NCBI GenBank assembly: GCA_035541755.1
Contig: DATKMQ010000063.1
Location: 13,364 to 77,363 of the forward strand
DNA length: 64,000 nt
Source: Syntrophorhabdaceae bacterium
GTDB taxonomy: Bacteria > Desulfobacterota > Syntrophorhabdia > Syntrophorhabdales > Syntrophorhabdaceae
Direction: 5' to 3'
In this document: positions 17,146-25,789 of the stretch, piece by piece
How the letters are laid out: every line of letters starts with the position of its first letter
How positions within the stretch are numbered: position 1 is the first letter of the stretch
Notes under the pieces: generated by a model
The model's database searches: none
What the model was told of the DNA's origin: nothing
What the model saw: only the letters and a program-made list of their open reading frames with translations
Position numbers and translations under genes: made by a program

Positions 17146-18204
17146 GTGGAAATGTATATTTCTATCATCGGTCATGCCCTGTCCGGTAAAACAACGCTTT
17201 TTCAGGCCCTAAGCGGAGCGCAGTGCGAGGCCGGGTTTTCCGATAAGACGGCCGTCACGGCCATCGATGTAGCTGACGAGCGCCTCGATATGCTGAGCAC
17301 TGTCTTTAAACCGAAAAAAACCGTCTATGCCAGGGTAGAAGTCACCGATTCGGTAGCCATCAGCCAGGGTGACGCACCGGATAAGGCGATAAACCCCAAA
17401 ACGCTCCAACAGATGCGCTCAAGCGATGCCTTCATTCTCACCGTGGGCTGCTTCGACGAGAAAACCCCTGAGCAAGCGGCAGCTGATGTTCATGCAATGA
17501 AAGGGGAATTTATTCTTTCTGATATGGCGCAGATTGAGACCCGCCTCGAAAGGATGCGCAAGCAGGGGAAGAAGGGTGATACGGGCCAGGCGCAGGAAGA
17601 ATCTCTCCTCGCGCGCTGTCTTACCCACCTCAACGAAGAGATGCCCCTGTTTAGCCTCGCGCTCAACCCGCAGGAATTACGGACACTTCGGGGTTATCAG
17701 TTTCTTTCCCTCAAGCCCCTCATGATCTTTGTGAACGCATCGGAGCATGCGGTGGACCAGGCCAAAAAGATCGCGGAACATCTCGCCTTACGCTTTCCCG
17801 AATCTCCCGTGATATGGGCCTCGGCCAAGCTTGAAAGCGAACTCGCTGCAATGGATAACGCCGAACGGACGGTCTTTATGGAGGAGTATGCCATTGCCGA
17901 ATCGATACGCGGCCGCATCATACGGCTTGCCTATGAGACCCTGGGGCTCATCTCATTCCTCACCGTAGGAGAAGACGAGTGTCGCGCCTGGCCCGTGAGG
18001 CAAGGAAGTAACGCCCAGGATGCCGCCGGGGCCATACACGGCGATCTCGCTGCAAAATTTATTCGCGCTGAAACCATGTCCTACGATGATTTTATCAGGC
18101 ATGGCTCAATGGCGGAATGCAAGAAGGCCGGCGTATGGAGGCTTGAAGGCAAGACCTATGTGGTCAAAGACGGTGATATCCTCACCATCAGGGCGGGCAC
18201 TTAA
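17146..18204 (+). CDS. ychF: YchF/OLA1-type ribosome-binding ATPase/GTPase
   Basis: P-loop 'GHALSGKTTLFQAL' and a C-terminal YchF/TGS-like 'LISFLTVGEDECRAWPVRQGSNAQDAAGAIHGDL...YVVKDGDILTIR'. GTG 17146 or ATG 17152 could be the start. Confidence 0.75.
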   Translation: MEMYISIIGHALSGKTTLFQALSGAQCEAGFSDKTAVTAIDVADERLDMLSTVFKPKKTVYARVEVTDSVAISQGDAPDKAINPKTLQQMRSSDAFILTVGCFDEKTPEQAAADVHAMKGEFILSDMAQIETRLERMRKQGKKGDTGQAQEESLLARCLTHLNEEMPLFSLALNPQELRTLRGYQFLSLKPLMIFVNASEHAVDQAKKIAEHLALRFPESPVIWASAKLESELAAMDNAERTVFMEEYAIAESIRGRIIRLAYETLGLISFLTVGEDECRAWPVRQGSNAQDAAGAIHGDLAAKFIRAETMSYDDFIRHGSMAECKKAGVWRLEGKTYVVKDGDILTIRAGT

Positions 18205-18276
18205 TATTTCATACGCATTCTTGAGATGCCCACAAACACTGAGAGGCGCCATTTTACGGGGCTTCGCAGATTTCAC

Positions 18277-18304
18277 TTGACAGAAACCTTAACTTACTAA
18301 TAAT
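18277..18304 (+). promoter_or_regulatory. Putative promoter TTGACA-16-AATAAT for the nuoEFG-like/nfnAB operon
   Basis: Consensus -35 at 18277-18282 and an AT-rich -10 at 18299-18304. This leaves a leader of about 150 nt. Confidence 0.4.
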
Positions 18305-18457
18305 CTGATACGCAGGGGTTGTTATGGAAAGCGTCGGTGCAACACACACTCTTCCTCACTGCTATTCATTGATGGAACCTCGTCTGCGAACTCGCATTCA
18401 ACGTAGCGCGTCTGTTTTTCGGTAACGCCACAGGTACGTGGCATAGAGGGGAAATCT

Positions 18458-18907
18458 ATGCCTGATGCGATTGAAACGATTCTCAAGAAACATGGACGGA
18501 CTTCCGATGAATTGATCCCTATCCTGCAGGACGTCCAAAAAGCAATCGGCTACGTTGGTCCGGAATCAATATCAAAGATATCCCGCCATTTGAAGATCTC
18601 GGAAAACCAGATATTCGGCGTCTCGTCTTTCTACGCCCAATTCCGATTTACCGAGCCGGGACGTCACTCGGTCAAAGTGTGTCTCGGCACAGCCTGTCAT
18701 GTAAAGGGGGGCGCCACCCTGCTCGAAATGGTTGAGCGCGACCTCGGCATCACCTGCGGGGAGACCACCGAAGATAAACGCTATGACCTGGAACGGGTTG
18801 CCTGTCTCGGATGTTGCGCCCTCTCTCCCGTCGTACAGATTGATCGCGATATATACAGCAGGATGTCGGTAAATAAACTAACGGAGCTCTTAAAAAAATA
18901 TGAATAA
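18458..18907 (+). CDS. NuoE/HydC-like thioredoxin-fold [2Fe-2S] subunit
   Basis: 149 aa. Cys pattern 'VKVCLGTACHV...VACLGCCALSP'. Confidence 0.9.
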   Translation: MPDAIETILKKHGRTSDELIPILQDVQKAIGYVGPESISKISRHLKISENQIFGVSSFYAQFRFTEPGRHSVKVCLGTACHVKGGATLLEMVERDLGITCGETTEDKRYDLERVACLGCCALSPVVQIDRDIYSRMSVNKLTELLKKYE

Positions 18908-20780
18908 ATTAGAGAGCAGAATCGAATCGGCGAAGAAGAAGTGGGAATCGGTTGAGAATAATAAAGAACCCATTATCTTCGTGGGCGCAGCGTCCTGTGG
19001 CAGGGCGGCAGGGGCACTGGAGCTCCTCACGGAGATCGACAACTTCATAAAAGAGGAGAACGTGAAGGCGAGGGTGGTCGAGGTCGGGTGCATCGGACCC
19101 TGTTACCTCGAACCGCTTGTGGACATTAAGATGCCGGGGCAACCGAGAGTGAGTTACAACAACGTAAACGCCAGAACACTTTCCATGATTCTGAAATCAC
19201 ACTTGATCGACGGTACGCCCCATGCAAAGCTTGCCCTCGGCCATTTCGGCGCCAAGGATTTTGACGGCATCCCGCAGTTTTATGAGCTCCCCATGTTGAA
19301 ACCTCAGGTGAGGATTGCGCTACGCAACTGTGGTCTCATCGACCCGGAAGATATAGACCAGTACCTCGCCGTAGACGGATACCGGGGCCTCGTCAAGGCC
19401 CTCGCCATGTCGCCGGATGAGGTCATAGGGGTTGTGCGGCAGGCAGGACTCAGGGGGCGCGGGGGCGCGGGCTTCCCCACGTACAAGAAATGGATGGTCT
19501 GTAGAAACGCCCCGGGCGATCAGAAATACCTTATTTGCAACGCCGATGAAGGGGACCCCGGCGCCTTCATGAACAGATCACTTATAGAATCCGATCCCCA
19601 TGCGGTGCTCGAAGGCATGCTCATCGCGGGATATGCCATAGGCGCAAGCAAAGGCATTATCTACATAAGGGCCGAATATCCGCTCGCCATAGAGCGCCTG
19701 AAGAGGGCGATTCAACAGATGAAGGAGTGCGGACTCATCGGTAAGAATATACTCGGCTCAGGTTTCAATTTTGATATCAAAATCAAGGAGGGGGCAGGCG
19801 CATTTGTCTGTGGTGAGGAGACCGCCCTTATCGGTTCCATAGAAGGCAAGAGGGGCATGCCCAAATCCCGGCCACCCTTTCCAGCCATATCGGGACTTTT
19901 TGGAATGCCCACGATTATCAACAACGTAGAAACAATGGGAACCCTTCCCAATATCGTGCGCAATGGAGCGGAATGGTATACCAAATTCGGAAAAGAAGGC
20001 AATCGGGGCACAAAGACCTTTTCTCTCGTAGGTAAGACGAGGCGTCCCGGCTTGATCGAGGTCCAACTCGGTACAACCTTGAGAGAAATCATCTTCGACA
20101 TCGGGGGGGGCGTGCAAAAAAACTTTAAGGCGATCCAGACGGGCGGACCCTCCGGAGGCTGTCTGTCCGAAGAGTTTCTCGATCTTCCCGTGGATTATGA
20201 ATCGCTCGCTGCGGCAGGCTCTATCATGGGCTCGGGGGGTCTCATCGTCATGGACGATGATACCTGTATCGTGGATGTGGCAAAATATTTCCTGGATTTT
20301 ACCCAAAAAGAGTCGTGCGGAAAGTGCGTGCCCTGCCGGGTCGGCACGAGGCACATGGTAGAAATCCTTGACAGGATTACCCACGGCGAGGGAAATCCTG
20401 AGGACCTGCTGGCACTTCGGACTTTAGGCGATACGATCAAGAAGGGTGCCCTCTGTGGTCTTGGCCAAACCGCACCCAACCCGGTTCTTACCACACTGAG
20501 ATACTTCAGGAACGAATATCTCGAGCACGTCAAGGACCATCGCTGCAAGGCAACTGTCTGTAAGGACCTCATCGAGTATCGCGTCATAAAGGAGAAGTGC
20601 ACGGGATGTCAGTCCTGCGTGAGGGTTTGTCCTACCGGGGCCATAACCGGACCAAGGTCTGAACCTCACAACCTTGATGCGACAAAGTGTATAAAGTGTC
20701 GCTCCTGTTACGAAATTTGTCGCTACGACGCCATTGCGGGCGATGCTATCGTGATCCGGACCGCGGAGAAGAGATCATGA
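18900..20780 (+). CDS. NuoF/HydB-like NADH-binding flavoprotein subunit with extra N-terminal [2Fe-2S] and C-terminal 2x[4Fe-4S] domains
   Basis: 'GLRGRGGAGFPTYKKW' (FMN), 'ICNADEGDPGAF', 'ESCGKCVPCRVG', and C-terminal 'CTGCQSCVRVCP' plus 'CIKCRSCYEICR'. 8-nt overlap with the upstream gene. Confidence 0.9.
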   Translation: MNKLESRIESAKKKWESVENNKEPIIFVGAASCGRAAGALELLTEIDNFIKEENVKARVVEVGCIGPCYLEPLVDIKMPGQPRVSYNNVNARTLSMILKSHLIDGTPHAKLALGHFGAKDFDGIPQFYELPMLKPQVRIALRNCGLIDPEDIDQYLAVDGYRGLVKALAMSPDEVIGVVRQAGLRGRGGAGFPTYKKWMVCRNAPGDQKYLICNADEGDPGAFMNRSLIESDPHAVLEGMLIAGYAIGASKGIIYIRAEYPLAIERLKRAIQQMKECGLIGKNILGSGFNFDIKIKEGAGAFVCGEETALIGSIEGKRGMPKSRPPFPAISGLFGMPTIINNVETMGTLPNIVRNGAEWYTKFGKEGNRGTKTFSLVGKTRRPGLIEVQLGTTLREIIFDIGGGVQKNFKAIQTGGPSGGCLSEEFLDLPVDYESLAAAGSIMGSGGLIVMDDDTCIVDVAKYFLDFTQKESCGKCVPCRVGTRHMVEILDRITHGEGNPEDLLALRTLGDTIKKGALCGLGQTAPNPVLTTLRYFRNEYLEHVKDHRCKATVCKDLIEYRVIKEKCTGCQSCVRVCPTGAITGPRSEPHNLDATKCIKCRSCYEICRYDAIAGDAIVIRTAEKRS

Positions 20781-22978
20781 CAAAAGAAAAGAGACTATCC
20801 ATTACCATCGATAACAGAAAAGTTGAAGTGAAACCACATCTCACCATATTGCAGGCCGCCAAGGAGCATGGCATCTACATACCGTCGCTCTGTACTCTCG
20901 AGCACCTTCCCTCGTATGGTGCGTGCAGGCTTTGTGTCGTTGAGGTGGATGGCTTGAGGGGCTTTCCTACGTCCTGTACTACGCCGGTGGAAGACGGAAT
21001 GGTCATCAGGACAGATACCGGGGAGATCAGGACACTTCGCCAGGAGGTGCTCAAACTACTCTTGAGCGAACATCCGGCCAGTTGTCTGTTCTGCACCGAG
21101 CAGGGCGAGTGCAAACAATACCAGGGCACCATAAGGAAGGTAGGGGTAACCACAGGCTGCCGGTACTGTCCAAACGACGAGCGCTGTGAACTTCAGCTCA
21201 TTACCGAAAGGATCGGTCTTGCGGACACATCATACCCTGTTTACTATCGCAACTTTCCGGTAGAGAAATTCGATCCGTTCTACGATAGAGATTACAATCT
21301 CTGCATTCTCTGCGGGCGCTGTGTTCGTGTATGTAGCGAGGTGCGTCTCAACGGAACGCTCAGCTTCAAACAGCGAGGCAAGGCGACGACCATCGGCCCG
21401 GCCTTCGACCGCTCCCATCTGGATGCCGGCTGTGAATTCTGCGGGGCCTGCGTGACCGTTTGCCCCACAGGAGCGCTCAGTACAAAGACGAGTAAATGGT
21501 ACGGTAAGCCTGACGCAGAGGTCAAAACAACCTGTCTTTACTGTCCCGTGGGCTGTGAGCTTATGCTTCAGATCAAGCATAACGAGACCATAGACGTACT
21601 CCCCAATTACGATTCGCCATTGGACAGGGGTCTTCTCTGTGTGAAAGGGCGTTTCGCTGTGCCCGAATACGTGTGCAGCTCCGAACGCCTCTCACACCCC
21701 CAACGTATGACGCCGGTGGGTTATGAAGACATCTCCTGGGATGAGGCTTTAGACCTGGCGGCGCAGAAGTTGTCCGAAACAAGACCCGAGGACATGCTTT
21801 TCGTTGTTTCACCTCAGCTCACCAATGAGGATCTCTTCATGGCCTGCCATCTGGCCAGAGGCGCGATCGGTACAGATGAGATTCTCTCCCCTGTGATTTC
21901 TGATTTGGGGGAGGACCTTGTCCCATTTCTCAACCTTACGTTGGCGGCAAGTCCCTTCGACGTTATCGATTCAGCCGACACAATCGTCGCGGTCGGATTC
22001 GATGCAACATACGGTTTTACGCCGCTTGGCATCAGAATTAAAGAGGCCGCGAAAGGGGGGGTAGCGCTTATAACTCTCAATGGCTATGGATCCAACCTCG
22101 ATATGCTGTCCGAGGAGGCCCTGTGCTTCGACGCTACGAAATGGCCGTCAGTCCTGGATAAGTTCATGGGCAAGACGCCTGGCAACGGAAAAGGCCGCAG
22201 GTCGTCCCACAAGGTGATTGTCATGGGAGAAGAGGCGATCTTTTCACGAAAGCGTGGCGAGCTTTTTGAGAAGATCATGAAGATGAAGGAATACTTCGGC
22301 TGGAATGTGATCGTCGCGCATCCTTATACGAACCTTCTCGGGCTTCTGTCCATGGGGGCTTTCCCCGGTATTAACAGAGGAGAGCTGCTCCGTAATGGTT
22401 CCAGGGGGACGACCCTCACGCTTAAGAAGGGTCTTTTGGCGTCTGTGAATATGAGCAAGCCGCGAAAGGCTGGCTATGTCATCGGAGAAGCACAATTGGA
22501 AAATATGCCTCACTGCGAATTCCTCATCTACCAGAATGCGTTGCCGCCCGCATCTTCACGCAAGCCGGATTTAATCCTTCCTTCAAGCCTGTTCAGCGAA
22601 ACGCCCGGCACGGTCGTGAGCATGGAGGGAAGGGTGTTGCAGGTGCGCAAGGCCACGGAACCGTATGCAGAATCCAGGCCTGACTGGTGGATTATGAGTA
22701 AGATTTCAGAAAAGATCAGTAAGGATGCCTTAAAATTCCGATCGCTCTCTGCAATACAGGCGGAAATAAAGAAACAGATGGCGGGTTTCTTCGATGGAAA
22801 AAGCAGACTGGAATTTCGGAAAATCGGCGCAAGACAGACCGATCTGGGCGCGAGCGGTACACGTCGGGCGGGACCGGGGACTTCGCGCAAACCGTGGCAA
22901 CAGATGTACCGGGGGATCGATCTTCAGGATATTGTCCCGGGCATGCGGGTCATAGAGCAAAGGAGATGCCATGAATAG
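20777..22978 (+). CDS. NuoG/FdhA-like Fe-S subunit with a truncated, apparently cofactor-less molybdopterin-oxidoreductase domain
   Basis: [2Fe-2S] 'CRLCVVEV', 'HPASCLFCTEQGEC', 'CILCGRCVRVC', 'CEFCGACVTVCP' and a Mo-type Fe4S4 'TTCLYCPVGC...LLCVKG'. Start set at ATG 20777 (ATGA overlap with the upstream stop), not the 20687 ORF-track start. Confidence 0.85.
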   Translation: MTKEKRLSITIDNRKVEVKPHLTILQAAKEHGIYIPSLCTLEHLPSYGACRLCVVEVDGLRGFPTSCTTPVEDGMVIRTDTGEIRTLRQEVLKLLLSEHPASCLFCTEQGECKQYQGTIRKVGVTTGCRYCPNDERCELQLITERIGLADTSYPVYYRNFPVEKFDPFYDRDYNLCILCGRCVRVCSEVRLNGTLSFKQRGKATTIGPAFDRSHLDAGCEFCGACVTVCPTGALSTKTSKWYGKPDAEVKTTCLYCPVGCELMLQIKHNETIDVLPNYDSPLDRGLLCVKGRFAVPEYVCSSERLSHPQRMTPVGYEDISWDEALDLAAQKLSETRPEDMLFVVSPQLTNEDLFMACHLARGAIGTDEILSPVISDLGEDLVPFLNLTLAASPFDVIDSADTIVAVGFDATYGFTPLGIRIKEAAKGGVALITLNGYGSNLDMLSEEALCFDATKWPSVLDKFMGKTPGNGKGRRSSHKVIVMGEEAIFSRKRGELFEKIMKMKEYFGWNVIVAHPYTNLLGLLSMGAFPGINRGELLRNGSRGTTLTLKKGLLASVNMSKPRKAGYVIGEAQLENMPHCEFLIYQNALPPASSRKPDLILPSSLFSETPGTVVSMEGRVLQVRKATEPYAESRPDWWIMSKISEKISKDALKFRSLSAIQAEIKKQMAGFFDGKSRLEFRKIGARQTDLGASGTRRAGPGTSRKPWQQMYRGIDLQDIVPGMRVIEQRRCHE

Positions 22979-23828
22979 AGTCATTGAAAGGACCATGATA
23001 GTTCCTAACATGCACCTCCTTGTGATTGAGGCCCCGGAGATTTCGTCAAAGGTAAGGCCGGGCCAGTTTGTCATTATCCGTGCAAACGATGAAGGCGAAA
23101 GGATACCCCTGTCTGTCGCGGACTGGAACAAAGAGCAGGGAACCGTTACCACCGTTTTCATGGAGGTAGGGGCTTCCACCGGGGCGCTTGCGTCGCTTGA
23201 AAAGGATGATGCGGTCGCCACGTGCGTCGGCCCGCTCGGAAATTCGACTGAGATCGGCCGGTTCGGTACGGTTCTCTTGATCGCTGGATGCTACGGCATC
23301 GGCAGCATCTATCCGGTGGCGAAGGAATTGAAAGCCGCCGGAAACCAGGTGATTACCGTACTCGAGGCCAGGAGTTCTTACCTCATTTACTGGGCAAAGA
23401 GGTTTGCCAGTCTCTCTGAGAAGATCTTTAGCGTAACGAGAGACGGGAGTCTCGGCATGAAGGGACATATTACGAGGCTCACGGAGATCATCCACTCCCT
23501 GCCCCAGCCTCCCGACCGAGTCATTGTGAACGGTTGCACCTATCTCATGGCCCACACATCAGAGGTCACGAGGGAACTCGGCATTCCCACGCTCGTGAAC
23601 TTAAACCCCATCATGATCGACGGGACGGGTATGTGCGGTGTGTGCCGGGTTACAGTAGGCGGTCAAATGAAATTCGCCTGTGTTGACGGCCCGGAATTTG
23701 ATGGCCACAAGGTGGATTGGAAGGAATTTCTCTCGAGACGTAAGGCGTACATGAGCGAAGAGACACTCTTTTTCAGACATAGCGAGCCCCACACTAAGGC
23801 CCATAAAGAAGGGAAGTGCCAGGCATGA
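22971..23828 (+). CDS. nfnA: NfnA-type small subunit (FAD/[2Fe-2S], sulfide dehydrogenase SudB-like)
   Basis: 285 aa. 'PGQFVIIR', 'ERIPLSVAD' and [2Fe-2S] 'DGTGMCGVCRVTVGGQMKFACVDGPEF'. Confidence 0.85.
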   Translation: MNRVIERTMIVPNMHLLVIEAPEISSKVRPGQFVIIRANDEGERIPLSVADWNKEQGTVTTVFMEVGASTGALASLEKDDAVATCVGPLGNSTEIGRFGTVLLIAGCYGIGSIYPVAKELKAAGNQVITVLEARSSYLIYWAKRFASLSEKIFSVTRDGSLGMKGHITRLTEIIHSLPQPPDRVIVNGCTYLMAHTSEVTRELGIPTLVNLNPIMIDGTGMCGVCRVTVGGQMKFACVDGPEFDGHKVDWKEFLSRRKAYMSEETLFFRHSEPHTKAHKEGKCQA

Positions 23829-25249
23829 ACGAAGAAAAAACCCCCGAAAAACAAAGCAAGATCGACCTCAATCGAAGAGACATGCCCAAACAGTCTCCAG
23901 AGATGAGGAGCCACAACTTTAGCGAGGTGGCGCTAGGTTACAACACGGAATTGGCACTCAGCGAGGCAAGCCGTTGCTTAAAGTGCAAGAAGCCGAGGTG
24001 CGTCACCGGATGTCCCGTAGAGATAGACATCCCTGGCTTCATTTCGTGCATCGTGCAAAATGATTTTTCCGCAGGCATCAAGAAACTCAAAGAAAAAAAC
24101 TGTCTGCCGGCTGTCTGCGGAAGGGTCTGCCCTCAGGAATCCCAGTGCGAATCGCAGTGCATTTTGAAAAACAAGGGCGCTGAGGTGGCTATCGGCCGGT
24201 TGGAAAGATTTCTCGCCGATTGGGAGGCACACAGCGGTCAGGTGGACGTCCCACCAAAAACCAAATCGAGCGGAAAGAAGGTGGCGATTGTGGGCTCGGG
24301 TCCGGCGGGGATCACCGTGGCCGGCGATCTGGTTCTCTTGGGCCACGAGGTTACCATCTTTGAGGCGCTTCACAGAGCGGGTGGCGTTCTCACGTACGGT
24401 ATTCCCGAATTTCGTCTGCCCAAGGCCATAGTGGCACGAGAAGTCGCCTACGTGAAAAGTCTTGGGGTAAATGTCATTACCGATTTCGTGGTGGGCAAGA
24501 CACGGACTATCGATGAACTCCTCGACGCATTCGACGCGATCTTCATTGGGACGGGTGCGGGCCTGCCCTGGTTCATGAACATTCCCGGTGAGAACTTAAA
24601 CGGGGTTTATTCGGCGAATGAGTACCTGACCCGCATGAATCTCATGCAGGGGTATCGATTCCCCCACTCTTCAACACCTATCAAGAAGCACAGGAAGGTC
24701 GCCGTGGTAGGGGGTGGAAATGTAGCTATGGATTCGGCCCGAACCGCACTCAGGATGGGGGCCGATGAGGTGCGTATCATTTATCGCAGATCCCATGCAG
24801 AGCTCCCGGCACGGCTTGAGGAAAGTGAGAATGCCGAGGAAGAAGGCGTGATTTTCAATATGCTTACCCTGCCCGTCAGATATATCGGTGACGAAAACGG
24901 ATGGCTCAAGGAGATCGAATGCCTCAAGATGGAGCTTGGCGAACCCGACGCGTCAGGCAGAAGAAAGCCCGTTGAGGTGCCAAACTCGAATTTCCGCATT
25001 GAAATGGATGCCGTGGTCTGCGCCATCGGGAACAGCCCGAACCCGCTCGTTCCCTCCACCACACCCGGCCTTGACACCACGCGCCACGGAACGCTCGTGG
25101 CCAACGAGCAAACCGGAAAGACGACCCGAAGCCGCATATGGGCGGGCGGCGACATTGTTACCGGGGCGGCAACCGTCATCCTTGCCATGGGCGCGGGACG
25201 AAAGGCGGCAAGGTCCATGCACGAATATTTGACGACAGGCGTAGAGTAA
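23816..25249 (+). CDS. nfnB: NfnB-type large subunit (GltD-like, 2x[4Fe-4S] + FAD/NADPH)
   Basis: 477 aa. 'CLKCKKPRCVTGCPV', 'CGRVCPQESQCESQC', 'VAIVGSGPAGITVAG' and 'GGDIVTGAATVILAMGAGR'. Confidence 0.85.
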   Translation: MPGMNEEKTPEKQSKIDLNRRDMPKQSPEMRSHNFSEVALGYNTELALSEASRCLKCKKPRCVTGCPVEIDIPGFISCIVQNDFSAGIKKLKEKNCLPAVCGRVCPQESQCESQCILKNKGAEVAIGRLERFLADWEAHSGQVDVPPKTKSSGKKVAIVGSGPAGITVAGDLVLLGHEVTIFEALHRAGGVLTYGIPEFRLPKAIVAREVAYVKSLGVNVITDFVVGKTRTIDELLDAFDAIFIGTGAGLPWFMNIPGENLNGVYSANEYLTRMNLMQGYRFPHSSTPIKKHRKVAVVGGGNVAMDSARTALRMGADEVRIIYRRSHAELPARLEESENAEEEGVIFNMLTLPVRYIGDENGWLKEIECLKMELGEPDASGRRKPVEVPNSNFRIEMDAVVCAIGNSPNPLVPSTTPGLDTTRHGTLVANEQTGKTTRSRIWAGGDIVTGAATVILAMGAGRKAARSMHEYLTTGVE

Positions 25250-25330
25250 CACGCAAGACCTCCCCGGGACGAGCAGGCTCGCTGTGAACCAGGCAGGCGA
25301 AGAATATTCCCACACACTTGTATTCTGCTC

Positions 25331-25359
25331 TTGACATGGCGCAGAAAAGACCGTATAGT
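25331..25359 (+). promoter_or_regulatory. Putative promoter TTGACA-17-TATAGT upstream of the ArsR-family gene
   Basis: Consensus -35 at 25331-25336, a 17-nt spacer, and -10 TATAGT at 25354-25359. Confidence 0.5.
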
Positions 25360-25406
25360 AGTTTCCAAGTTTCGCAACTATTATAGGATTGTGAGGGGCA
25401 AACGGC

Positions 25407-25751
25407 GTGTTGAGGGATGGTGACATAAGGGTCTACGAGATGCAGGCGGATATGTGTGCTGCTCTTGCCAATGCTAAACGATTACAAATACTTAACCTCT
25501 TAAAGGATGGGGAGGTATCGGTTGCCCAAATGGTAAGGGTCACGGGCGTTAGCAAGGCCAATCTCTCCCAGCATCTCGCTATACTCAGACAAAGAAACCT
25601 CGTATCGACCAGGAGGCAAGGGACTACCATCTATTACACAATCTCGAACCCCAAAATCACGGAAGCTTGTGCAATCATCCGGGGAGTTCTCATCGAAATG
25701 CTCAAAGAAAAAGTGAAGCTCTCCAAAAGGATGCAGGAAGTGAAGCTTTGA
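25407..25751 (+). CDS. ArsR/SmtB-family winged-helix transcriptional regulator
   Basis: 'CAALANAKRLQILNLLKDGEVSVAQMVRVTGVSKANLSQHLAILRQRNLVSTRRQGTTIYY'. GTG 25407 or ATG 25440 could be the start. No alpha3 'CVC' metal site. Confidence 0.85.
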   Translation: MLRDGDIRVYEMQADMCAALANAKRLQILNLLKDGEVSVAQMVRVTGVSKANLSQHLAILRQRNLVSTRRQGTTIYYTISNPKITEACAIIRGVLIEMLKEKVKLSKRMQEVKL

Positions 25752-25773
25752 CCTTTTATCGGGAGCCAGTAGT

Positions 25774-25789
25774 TGCGATATATCGCAAT
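25774..25789. promoter_or_regulatory. Perfect 16-bp palindrome TTGCGATATATCGCAA (candidate operator)
   Basis: Self-complementary over all 16 nt. It lies 23 nt after the ArsR-family stop, and no T-tract follows it. Confidence 0.35.

Noticed and set aside
20687-20776. Upstream extensions of ORF-track entries: 20687 for the NuoG-like gene, 45392 for actF, 43926 for actA, 40890 for ccoS-like, 40401 and 40234 in the cbb3 tail, 15490 for the small acidic ORF.
   Set aside because: The extensions overlap the preceding gene by 90-330 nt in another frame. In each case an internal ATG sits exactly on the upstream stop (ATGA) or behind an SD or promoter, so the shorter forms were annotated.
20777-22978. 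Selenocysteine-containing formate dehydrogenase.
   Set aside because: There is no in-frame TGA and no Cys/Sec-His active-site context, and the C-terminal cap domain is missing.
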